NCBI GenBank assembly: GCA_951406725.2
Contig: OX597821.1
Coordinates: forward strand, 32,240,001-32,304,000
Reading direction: 5' to 3'
DNA length: 64,000 nucleotides
Source: Octopus vulgaris
Lineage: Eukaryota
A model generated the notes under the pieces. The model worked only from the letters and a program-made list of their open reading frames with translations. It was not told where the DNA came from and ran no database searches. Made by a program: the position numbers and the translations under genes. Shown in pieces: positions 53,040-64,000 of this stretch (its first letter is position 1; each line of letters starts with the position of its first letter).

Positions 53040-54960
53040 CATCCGATCGAAAGGGATCGGGTATCACAGAAAATTTTGTAAATGTTACAAAAAAGAAACC
53101 ACAGGCCTTTCAGATGCACCCACCCTAACATTCTTTCGCCATAACCACAAATACAATGAAAAACTCTTCCTTCCCGTTTGAAGGAAGGAGGCCAGACAAT
53201 ATGGACAATAGATTCGGCTGATAAACTAACTCATCCCACACGCGTTCAACATAGGCCCACATCTCTCTGCTTTGTGTTTGCTTTTGTTCTTTGTTTTGTT
53301 CCTCATCCTCCTTCCTTTTCTGGCTATTTGCCATTCCTCACTACTTTCAACTCGCGACGAAATTTCTGAGGAATAGGAAGGGGTTAAAGGTATATTGTAA
53401 GCGTCTAAGTAAGTTTGTGCAAGTGGTTGTATTGTTGTGTTGTTTTCGATGGTGTTGGTTGTTGATTGTTTGTGTGAGTTGTATGGGATATAGGTGAAGG
53501 GGAATCAATCTTTGTATTTTCTTTTTTATTGTTTTTTTAGTTCTTGCTGTTGTTGTTGCTGTTTTTTCAGCTGCTGGTGTATTCTCAGTTGCTGGTGTTT
53601 GTGGGTTTGGTTGATGTGTTTCTTTTGTATTTTGTGTTGATGGTGGTGTGAGTAGTAGTAGTTTTTTTCAAGGACTTTTCTGGTTGTAGTGGTGGGTGTT
53701 GTTGTTGCAGCTTTGATTGTTGTGCGGCATTTATACATTTGTTTTTTAAATGTGTTTCTCTGCCGCACAGATAACAGCGTGGCCGCCTACCCTCCACCGC
53801 TAGATACAGTTTGTAAACTTCTGTTGGATTGAGGTTGGAATTTAGTTTATAGTGGGTTGGTCAATCTGCAACAATTTTTCAAGTGTTTTGCTGACCCGGT
53901 TTTGTTGTTCTAAAATAGCAATCTCCAGGATGTTTTCCTCCATTTCGAAACATATGGCCGATAATAGCCGTTGTGTCTCTACTTCTGGAGGCACATATTT
54001 TATTGCGACATTTGTTACTCATTGACCCAGATAAGTTGGTATCATCACTAACTCATCGGTGTGGAGAGTCAGTTTTGACAACCGCTTGGTCAGATTTTCG
54101 TCATGAAAACGTAGTTGGACAGTGCCGTATTTTTGCCACCAGTTTACGTATTCCTTGTGTGACCAAACAGGGCGAAAGCATTTTTCAATTTTTTGTTGTG
54201 GTGCATTTTATGGTCTTCTTAGTTTTTTGTTTATAATTTCGTAAATGATTGTTTTTTTTCTGTGTGTTCTCCAAGATGGTTTTTTGGAATGCATAGCTGT
54301 AAGTTTTCTCCTTCTTTACTAAGATGGGCGTTTGTGGCGTATATTTGTTGGGCAGTGAATTTGACAATTATTCTCTTTTGTTTTATCGCTTCAGCGAAAT
54401 TTGGTTGTGGTAGTGGTGGTGGCGGTGGTAGTGTCTGTAGCGGAGGTGTTAGTTGTAGCAGTTGAAGTTATAGTAGTGGTGTTGGTGTTGGCGGTACTGT
54501 CTTTGGTGGAGGTCACGGTGGACGTCTTTGCGATGATTTTGTTGTAATTGTTGTTGCTGGAGATGGTGGTGGTGGTGGTAGTAGTGGTAGTTTTGGTGGT
54601 GGTGGTGTTGACGGAGCTGTTAACGATTGTGGTTGCAGTATCAATGGTTTTGATAGCGTTCACCGAGTCTCTCTGATTTGAATTTGATTTAGTTGTGTTT
54701 TCATGTCTGTAATTATATTCGAGTGTGTATGAGTGCAGGAGTTATTCTTTTTCTTTTTTGTCTCCTACCGTTTCAAGTCTAGGAAAATGCTGGTCCATGG
54801 ACGAATTTCACCAGCGTTTCACTATGAAATTTCTCGACATTTTTCAAAGTCGAAAAGAAAAATAGAAATTTAAATAGGATTGAAACTCCCTTGAAGTCAC
54901 ACTCAAACGGAAGTTGGGTGCGGCGCACACCTTGTGTACAAAAATTAAAACAAAATGCGT
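53040..54960 (-). mobile_element. Degenerate element with an ORF1 homologous to the array protein, next to a Tx1-type ORF2 3' piece
   Basis: Minus strand 54153-53930 reads QKYGTVQLRF..IPTYLGQ*VTNVAIKYVPPEVE and 53797 reads VEGRRPRCYLCGRETHLKNKC. 53125-53245 aligns at DNA level to 57250-57368. Outer boundaries approximate. Confidence 0.7.
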
Positions 54961-55727
54961 GCAATAAAAGGTCGATAAAAGCGATTGCCGATGGAGCCTA
55001 TGAGACAACATGTCGATAGGTAGATAGATAGATTGATGTACGAGCGGGTGGGTTGCTGTGCAACATGTGTGTGTGCGTGTGTAGCTAGGTAGATACATAG
55101 ATAGGCGGTCATTCAGCACCTAAATTTACTATTTACTTCATGAGGGAAAGATTAATTTATACTAAATGTTGCTTATATCATACTCTTTCAATGAGAAAGA
55201 TATTTGAATTCATCTCACGACCTGATAGATAGGTTAAACATATTCTGTATCATATAGCAACGGCCTCTAAGCAATAATTCATAAGATAACAAAGACCATA
55301 TGGCCATAAAATAGTTTTATGTGCTTTGATCAATGATCTGTTAGGGGAAGCCTTAGCAATACCGGTGTAAGAGTAATAGCGGATGGCTCCAGTTTAGAAC
55401 GATTCTTTTGCTGTATACATAGACAAATTAGACCTCATTCCAATAAATGCTACTCAACTGATCGGGCCAAATTGTTTGTGAAACACGAAGACGTTTATCC
55501 TTACACTGCATATTCTAAAGTAATATGACTATATTCTGAATCTCCCATGGCCAGGACTCATCGTCAGCTAATACGCTGGATACCACCTCATCAATTTCAC
55601 GGACTCACTACTCTGTTTTGTTATGAAGTTTGCGTTGCGCAGTATTTTAGTATGGACATTAATCCCTTAATAATTGTATATTTCCATCTCCATGTTAGGG
55701 TCGCGGTTTTTCGTTATGCAACCATAA

Positions 55728-56091
55728 TCTCTCTATATATAAACGGCAAAATGTTTGCGTGTGTGTCCTTTATACAAATCCACAATTTTTCCGTTAGAGG
55801 GCCCGCACTTTCTATGGTCATTCAAAACCGTCCAAGGGTGGTCGTGCATATCTTTACATTTCCGCAGTCACCCCGCAAAGCCACTAAAAAAACCAATAGG
55901 AGTGATATTTTGTGCATTTTCTAGCCAAAACCCAATCAAAATGCCCTAAACTTGATACGCCAATTGAATGGCAGCAAACTGTATGTGATTGGTCGGAGAT
56001 ATGGACAGTACTCGCGGGTATGTGCGCACGCACGCAGCTGCATATACATGCACTGGCACTATGACCTGGCAACGCCGGGTCATAGTGCTAG
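55728..56091 (+). mobile_element. 364-bp non-autonomous Helitron
   Basis: A|TCTCTCTATATATAAA start; 15-bp hairpin GCACTATGACCTGGC-AAC-GCCGGGTCATAGTGC (56056-56088); CTAG|T end; no TSD. Confidence 0.75.
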
Positions 56092-56310
56092 TATACTATG
56101 AAGTTTATTAAACATTTTTTATCAGTCAAAATCGTGTTCTCCTGAGTTAATGGTGCGCTTTACATCAATCAATTTTTAGGGTTACCTCTACAAATATTGT
56201 ATACAGATTAAGAAAAACCTGTGATAGCTACAATGACTATAGATTTTCTACAGAGATTAACTTCAGAAGAGATTTCACCTTCAATCCATTTTGCTAGCTC
56301 TTTCCCATGT

Positions 56311-56402
<92 letters not shown>

Positions 56403-56693
56403 AGTATACATATATATTCCTATATCGATACGTATAAGTATACGATAAATATATTTATGAATATATAGGTGCAACGAGGATTGAATAGATAGATGGCTGA
56501 ATACGTAAATATAGTGAAAATAAAACGAAGTGGCAGATGCAGAAGTATCTAGATAGATAGATAGATAGATAGATAGATGGATAGATAGATAGATAGATAG
56601 ATAGATGGATGGATGGATGGATGGATGGATGGATGGATGGATGGATGGATGGATGGATGGATGGATGGATGGATGGATGGATGGAAGGATAGA

Positions 56694-57578
56694 TATGTTT
56701 CTTTATTAGCCACACAGGGCTGCACACAGATAGAACAAATTACAAGGTAGAGCTTTTCTTTTGAAGGTAAAAAAGAGGGGGGTCGATCAAAAGGGATCGT
56801 AAAAGGAGAGAAAGAGGACAAAAAAGGGGGGTTAAAAAAAAGGGGGAGAGGAAAAAAATTGATCAATAGGGATCGTTATCACAGAAATGTCAATATGAAG
56901 TGTAAAGGGGAGGACAGGTGAGGTTTAACCGTGGAAAGAAAAGCCTACGGAAAAGACCACGGTAACCTCGTTCTATGAAGTCACATGTTATATTTCTTTT
57001 TTTTTTTTTTTTGCAAATAAGCAACTCTCTGTATTAATTTTTACGGTTCATAGAATCATAGTCAACGTGGCTTCGTCATTCATACGTGCCATCCTTGCTA
57101 CATTCACCCATCTTTTTTTAAAACATTCACTAGACAAAACTTGCCTCTCTACTCTCACTTTTTTCTTCAAGTGATACTTGAAGAAGTTGATGAGAGATTG
57201 ACCAGAGAGGAAAGTGTTTGTCGCTAATCCTTTCAGGCGCGTCCACCAGATACATTCTTTCGCCATAGCCACAAGTATGATAAAAATAGCTCTTCCTTCC
57301 CGTTTGAAGGAAGGAGGCGTGACGATATTAACGATAGACTCGGCTGATAAACCGCCTCGTCCCACACGTGACAGCAGTCGTTCGACATAAGCTCACAGGT
57401 CGGAAATTGCTGGACACTGCACGATTGCGTGCAGAGCGGTGTCGTCGCTCTTCCCGCATCTCGGGCAGGTCGGCCCCGTGTTTCTCGAGCCATGCCTATA
57501 GAGCTTATCCCGAACGGGTAGCGCTTCTCGGTAGCACCGCCAGGCCAGGGATCTCTGGAAGTTGTCCATAGGTCCCGG
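56694..57578 (-). mobile_element. 3' fragment of a Tx1/L1-type LINE ORF2 (zf-RVT region and 3' UTR) in a GATA/GGAT microsatellite
   Basis: Translates WRCYREALPVRDKLYRHG..CPRCGKSDDTALHAIVQCP, the zinc-binding motif that follows L1/Tx1 RT. Ends GCAGCCCTGTGTGGCTAATAAAGAAAC. GATA repeats on both sides. Confidence 0.85.
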
Positions 57579-57587
57579 AGATAGATA

Positions 57588-57687
57588 NNNNNNNNNNNNN
57601 NNNNNNNNNNNNNNNNNNNNNNNNNNNNNNNNNNNNNNNNNNNNNNNNNNNNNNNNNNNNNNNNNNNNNNNNNNNNNNNNNNNNNNN
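57588..57687. other. Assembly gap (100 N)
   Basis: Run of N. Confidence 1.
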
Positions 57688-58129
57688 ATATCAAAAATAT
57701 AAGCCATCAATGTTCTGAACAAAGATGGAATTATGGCTTCGATCCTGATACATCACATGAAATACCAAGAAAAAATAATAATTTGATTTCAATAGAAATT
57801 AGCATCACTAATCTAATTTTGATTGTGGCGTAGAGAACAATTATTATAGAGTATGAAATAAAGCCCGTAAGTCAGATGCTGTTTCACGAAGGTAGAAATA
57901 GTAGCGAATTTGATTTCAAAACCACATATAGCTTAAGCAGGAAAGGGTATTGGATATCATAGTCCTAGATTAGAATAAATGTGGAATAGAATGGGATGAT
58001 CAGATTTGGAATATTCTTTTCATATAGTTATGCCCACTCTCAAGTATGGTCTCTCAAGTTTCAAGTTTTTCCCTTCCAGTCGACACCACAGACCAATCAC
58101 GTATAAACAAATGTAATATATATATATAC

Positions 58130-58206
<77 letters not shown>

Positions 58207-58818
58207 CAAAGCAAAACTGAATAAACTTTAACAAACTACATTAACGAACAACTTTTCACACTCAAACACATTCTACTGCTTGACATGTTGAATTTATACA
58301 GCTAAACAACCTAAACTTTGGACTCAATCGTGACTACAAACTGACAGATTCTACACGTACATAAGTGATGAATGATTAGAAAAAAGACATGTAATAACTA
58401 AATTTGATGCCTGTTTACATAGACACACGCCATAACTTTTAAACCACTAGGCTACATTGAAGCAATTCCTGTCCAGTCTACTATTCAACATTAAATTTAC
58501 AGAGCGTTATTTTGGGACTATCACTAGTCATGTTCTTTCACCCATGTCAGCCTTGATTTTCAGTGCCAAAAACGTCACTACAAAACTTTCTAAGCTTACT
58601 CCTAATCGTGAGTTCTTCCTATACTGCACTTAACAGATAAATTTCAGACGACTTTTCTTGCTACGGATTATCACTAGACGTCTTCATTCAACAATGACAA
58701 CTGTAACGGTTCCAAACATATTGTCACATGACATTAAGGAACGGACGTAGAAAAGGACTTACAAAACTTGATCACGTTATCATCCTCGACCAATCAAAAG
58801 GTATATATATATATATAT

Positions 58819-58881
<63 letters not shown>

Positions 58882-58987
58882 CATGTGTTTGTGGATAACG
58901 ATGAGGAGCTGCATCCGAGATATTAAGAGCAGCGGAGCGAACCTATACCACCTTGTAGCGACGGGATCAGCAGACTGGCCTGGTTTC

Positions 58988-59044
<57 letters not shown>

Positions 59045-59090
59045 GTATATGAAAGAATGGAGTTGAACGACTAGTTAACAAATATCCTTT

Positions 59091-59175
59091 ATTCTCGACA
59101 TATGTTTCGAAGGCTGCATATTCCTAATTCCGAAGGAATAAGGAGTACATTATGCAGATTTCTCATCAGGAAAAT
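59091..59175 (-). ncRNA. Minimal type-I hammerhead ribozyme
   Basis: ATTTTC-CTGATGA-GAA.CTGCATA..TATGCAG..TTC-GAAA-CATATG-TC-GAGAAT. Confidence 0.8.
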
Positions 59176-59299
59176 CAAGGAACTTATGTTGACATCAAAA
59201 TGCACAAAAATCTTTTAGCTGACCGCTCTCAAGGAGCCCATGGCGATAATGAGTGTCTCTTTATAATGAGTGACGTCAGAGTGGCTGAATGTAGAAGAA

Positions 59300-59769
59300 T
59301 CTAGAAGTTTCTAAAGGTTCAAGAGTTCAAACGAAGTAGGAGGAGGGAGGCATAAGAATAGTAAGGTGAGAGATTGCAGGTCAAAAGAATGGTGGGTTTA
59401 AATGATTTCTTTTGTGAATGAGTGCCTGTGTGTGTGACTGTATATAACTGTCTTAATGTGTGTATGTGTGTGTCTGAATGCGTGATCGTATTTGTGGATG
59501 GGTAGATGTCAGAAAACTGACAGCTGTGAGTTGAAAGGTCTGTATCTGTGTGTTCGATTATGTTTACTGTAGGGAAAGGAAAGTAGATAGCCATCCACAA
59601 ACACAATCACGCATTCAGACAGTTATATACAGTCATACACACAGCACTCATTCACAAAAGAAATCATTTAAACCCACCATTCTTTTGACCTGCACTCTCT
59701 CACCTTACTATTCTTATGCCTCCCTACTCCTACTTCGTTTGAACTCTTGAACCTTTAGAAACTTCTAGA
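59300..59769. repeat. Inverted repeat within a Penelope-like remnant
   Basis: 59300-59425 is the near-exact reverse complement of 59645-59769, with further gapped homology inward. Confidence 0.85.
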
Positions 59770-60910
59770 AATACTGCTAAGAATTTCGCCCAGCATGCTA
59801 ACGATTCTTCTATCACGCCGCTTCGCACAGATTATGTATTAAGACATCGGTGACGCTGTCAGTTCTAATACTAACTTTACTCAGTATCTACAGAAAATAA
59901 TTGCTAATGGATAATACACAACGAACAATATTGATGAAACTATGCTTTTATGAAAGCGTATGCCTGCGAAGAAATTTGTTTGTACCTTTGATTTGAGATT
60001 CACGTAAGAAGGCTTGACTGACGAGTAGTTTCCAAGGCCGGTTTGCAAACATGTTTTAGCTATGAGAAGAAACAGATATTGCCTCGGGTAATATTCCTAA
60101 CAAAGCATGAATCAATTTAGACATTATTTGTAGCCTGTCAGTGAATGTAAATGATATTGTCTGAGAATGTGAGAATAGAATATATCTTCAAACTTACATG
60201 TTCTTTCCTCCAGCCAATAGATCAAATTATTATATATAACTCCAATTTGTATATTCTGAGAAATTGAAAGTACTCATAAATCTAATTGATGCAGATAATA
60301 AAACTACAATTATTGTTTCTGGAATAGGTTCGGCATAATTGATGTCCAAGATAACATACTCGAGACATTGGATGAAGTGAAACCCTCTGCTGTGAAAACT
60401 GCTTGACAAAGTATATGAGCGTGTGAGGAAGACATAGTAGATGACGCAGGTGAGTTTTAAAAGCCTCACAGTGGAATTATATATAATGGGAGAGCTAATG
60501 TGTACGCATTATTATTTACTTTGCCCGCTTACTAATAAGTACGCAAACAAACAATTGCAGAGAAACCTTTTTAATATCGCGCTAATAGCCGTTTTTTTAA
60601 AATATATCCCTCTGTACTCGTTATAGAATCAAGGTTATTGTTTCTTTTTAACGATTCATTCACTTTATAAGATTTGGAAAGACTTGGAAAACAATCAAAT
60701 AATCAAGTGATCAATCTTTGTTGTATTTTTTATTATAGAGATATTCAAAGGGTTCATTTATTTCTTCTTTTACTTGTTTCAGTCATTTGACTGTGGCCAT
60801 GCTGGATCACCGCCTATATATTTCAATATGTTAAAAATAGTCAATACAAAATTTGAAATTAATAATTAAAGGAATGTGTTTGTGTCAGCTAAGTCCAATG
60901 CAGTATTATA

Positions 60911-61756
60911 GTGGGTCATCCCATAAATAATACGGTTCTTTATACTTTTGTTTTTCAAAATTATGATTAACAGGGTTTTATTTTATATCTAAAATATACA
61001 CTCCTTCATTTTCTACAATCTGAGCCCTCTTCCAAAATTCATTTGTCCATGACGAAAATTACTTCTTCAGTACTGTTCTGACCACGTCAACAGAATTCGT
61101 ATTTTTTCCGTCCAAATGATTTTGAAAACTTTGGAATAAATGACAATCAGATGGTGCAATGTCTGGGGAATATTATGAGTGGAGTATGGTTTCCCATTCT
61201 AACAGCTCAAGCCTTTGGCATGTCATCCTCGCTGTATGAGGCCGAGTGATGAAAGAATCTGATGGAAGAACACCTTTCGTCTTGAAACCAAAGATTGATT
61301 CTTTTCCTCTAGCTTCCAAGCTCCTCTGCTAGTTCTCCAATAGTTACGATGGGATTTTGTTCCACCAGCATTTGCAGGACGTCCTCTTCGAGCACTCCGG
61401 AACTTCCAGGAAGAGCGTCGTCTTCTGAGCTGTAGTTTTCGGCTCAGAATTTCTGGAACCACCGGTGACTCTAGCTCACGCTTATTGTCCGATCCCTATC
61501 TACTACATTAATATTCCTCACACTTTCCGTTGCATTGTTGCCTCTATTGAACTCGTGAAGCAGAATATGCCAAATATGCTCCTTTGTCACTTCCATTATA
61601 GCTTTGAAAAAATATCTGTTAAAATCGAACTGCACTCTTCAAAACTTGCTCTAAGAATAAGCACAAGCTAAAAGTATTGACTGCCTTTATAGAAAGTTGA
61701 TGCAAGTAGATTATCCCGTCTCCCTCCGAGACCAAATTATTTATGGGATGACCGAA
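60911..61756 (-). mobile_element. Degenerate mariner transposon with TIRs and TA flanks
   Basis: TIR GGTCATCCCATAAATAAT at both ends; minus-strand YSPDIAPSDCHLFQSFQNHLDGK near 61170 (mariner YSPDLAPxD motif). Confidence 0.8.
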
Positions 61757-62049
61757 TACTTTAGAATTCGTTTGTTTCATCTGAACAAGATTCTAATTAC
61801 CACAGATATTATCTTTTGAATGTTTTAAAGCACCTTTTTGTTCAAATGACATGGAAGCTCTTCAGTAAACTTTGATTCTTATCATAACGGTATTCTTCAT
61901 TTCTGTGATAGTTTTCTTTAGTGTTAGTCCTTCGAATAAATAGACTTTATGTACATTTCATCTAGAATGTACCCTGAAATGTTACCTGCATTATTACCGT
62001 AGATCTAATATGCTTTCAATAACAACGATAATAACGTCAGTATCACCAT

Positions 62050-62680
62050 TATCTAGTCGATCTTTCTCAGACATTTTTAACCCGCTGACACCATCTATCT
62101 TGATCTACATTACATGAAAGAGGGCTCTAGGGAGACATCCACTGTTTCTGATAAGTTCATCTACATATGTCGGTTCTGATGACTTGCTCGAACACGGTCA
62201 TGCTTTGTTATCCATTGCAGCTGGTCACTTACCAGCTTGCCAGCAATGTCCTGCGAAGTACAAGCGCCTTTCTCTTATAATGGTGGAATTCTCTTAATGT
62301 TATCTGACGGTTGACTTTTCAGATAACATCCAGTATTCTTAAGAACGACCATGCTTGGGTTGTCCGAGTTTTTACATCCTTTTCAGTCGAACCTATGTAA
62401 GAACCGATGTACATGAAGTCCTCTACGTGACTGATGGGCTTTTCACTGATGCTGCTGATGGCTCCTTGCTGACTGTGAGCAATGAACTTGGATTTACTAG
62501 GATTAAGAAGTAAGCCAACATCATGTGCAGTTAATTCTAAACCTTGAAGTAATTGAATAGAGTTTAATATTGTCAGTGAGGAAGGCTAAATCATCAGCAT
62601 AAGCTACATCAGTTATTTTTTGATCTCTAGATGTCCGATTGATCTTCCTTTCGTGAGTGTGAAACTGGGGCTGTTGGAAT
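62050..62680 (-). mobile_element. Degenerate RTE-like LINE RT fragment
   Basis: Minus strand near 62600 reads ITDVAYADDLAFL (RT YADD motif); downstream RRLYFAGHCW-like motif; many stops. Confidence 0.7.
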
Positions 62681-63384
62681 TGACAAGTGATAAACTGATC
62701 TGGTTACAAATAAATGATCATGAAAAGAAAACTTTATCTAGTTAAGTTGAAATGCCAGATTTGTTATGACGAAAGAAAAATTATTGCACTGCGCATGCAA
62801 TTGGGGTATTAAGACTACGAATAACAGGGAGGGGAAAATACTAACCATATCACTAATTAATTCTTTTTGGAATTCTTTTCTTATTTTGTCAATGAAGGAA
62901 ATTGTTTAGAAACATATGAGATTTTGAATAAAATCAAGCTGGCTGTATTAGACAAAAAGAATTAATCCTCACAATGAACAAGTTTTATTTATGTGCGTAG
63001 ATGTTATTGCAGGCTGTCTTCGGATCATAAACAATTGCCTTCTGTGCAAAAGTTTAGAACTTTTCTCTGTAGTTCTAAACTCGAAATAATCTAGAGTATT
63101 ACTATTGTAATGATTGAAGATTAACATAATAATGAACTGCCGTGAGTCTTTGGCGACAGGAGCATACGCCCCAAAGGATATATCTTTTACAAGAGTATTC
63201 AATTTCCAATGATCAGATTTCTATTCCTAGAGGGTGTCTACAAATAAAATATTTTGAGTTGAGTGCCTTTCTCAACGAAACAACGAAAGTGTTCGGCAAA
63301 ACGAAAACGACAATATGTTGAGAGCACTTTATTATTAAGAGAAATTATTTATCCACAAATGCAATACATTCTTGTATTTTATAA

Positions 63385-63494
<110 letters not shown>

Positions 63495-63600
63495 ACAAAT
63501 ATACATGCATACAAATACACAAACGCACGCAAACGTACGCACACACATATAAATATATAAATAAATAAATAAATAAATATATATATATATGTATATATAC

Positions 63601-63631
<31 letters not shown>

Positions 63632-64000
63632 TTTGTGTGATGGAATATATATATACATTGTTGTGTGTGATTTCTGTATGTGTTCGATGTATGCATTTAT
63701 ATTTGAAGATTCGTTTTTGTATGCGACTTTGGTGAAATTGATATAGTAACATAAAATGCCAAGTCACTAGTAATATATAAACGGGGAGCTGTGTGTGTAT
63801 GTGTGTATGTGCAAGTGTTTGTGTGCGTATGTGTGCGGGTGCATTGCGGAACAGTGAAATCCAATAACTTACCTTATATTTCAATAGAAATGTGGGGGCA
63901 TGGACAATTTTCCTGTAGTTACATAACCAATTTATTGCGACACTCACTCTCACCACACCGAACTCGTTGTATAAACAGCAGAATATTAAGAATAAATCTC

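Noticed and set aside
57233-57722. ORFs spanning the N run
   Set aside because: Artefacts of translating through the assembly gap.

Overview
AT-rich, microsatellite-dense eukaryotic DNA with no recognisable host gene. The SINE and LINE repertoire suggests an octopus or other cephalopod genome (inference). The dominant feature is a ~17.3 kb head-to-tail array (26484-43754) of ten ~1.7 kb units. Each unit has a CpG-rich leader, one ORF1/gag-like protein (RRM-like region plus CCHC zinc knuckle, 472 aa when open), a conserved hairpin at the stop codon and a 3' stem-loop plus AATAAA. No unit encodes a reverse transcriptase or endonuclease. Nine units are near-identical and include a 3-unit higher-order repeat; the tenth is a diverged relative. 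The array splits an older homologue of the same ORF, shares its 3' end motif with a Tx1/L1-type LINE fragment elsewhere in the window, and lies between Helitron-type 5' and 3' termini. I interpret it as a non-autonomous, ORF1-only retroelement family that inserts into its own relatives, architecturally analogous to HeT-A but apparently Tx1-derived. The rest of the window holds tRNA-derived SINEs, Penelope-like remnants with several minimal type-I hammerhead ribozymes, R4/Dong, RTE and Tx1 LINE fragments, mariner/Tc1 remnants, a small Helitron, foldback structures and one 100-N gap.
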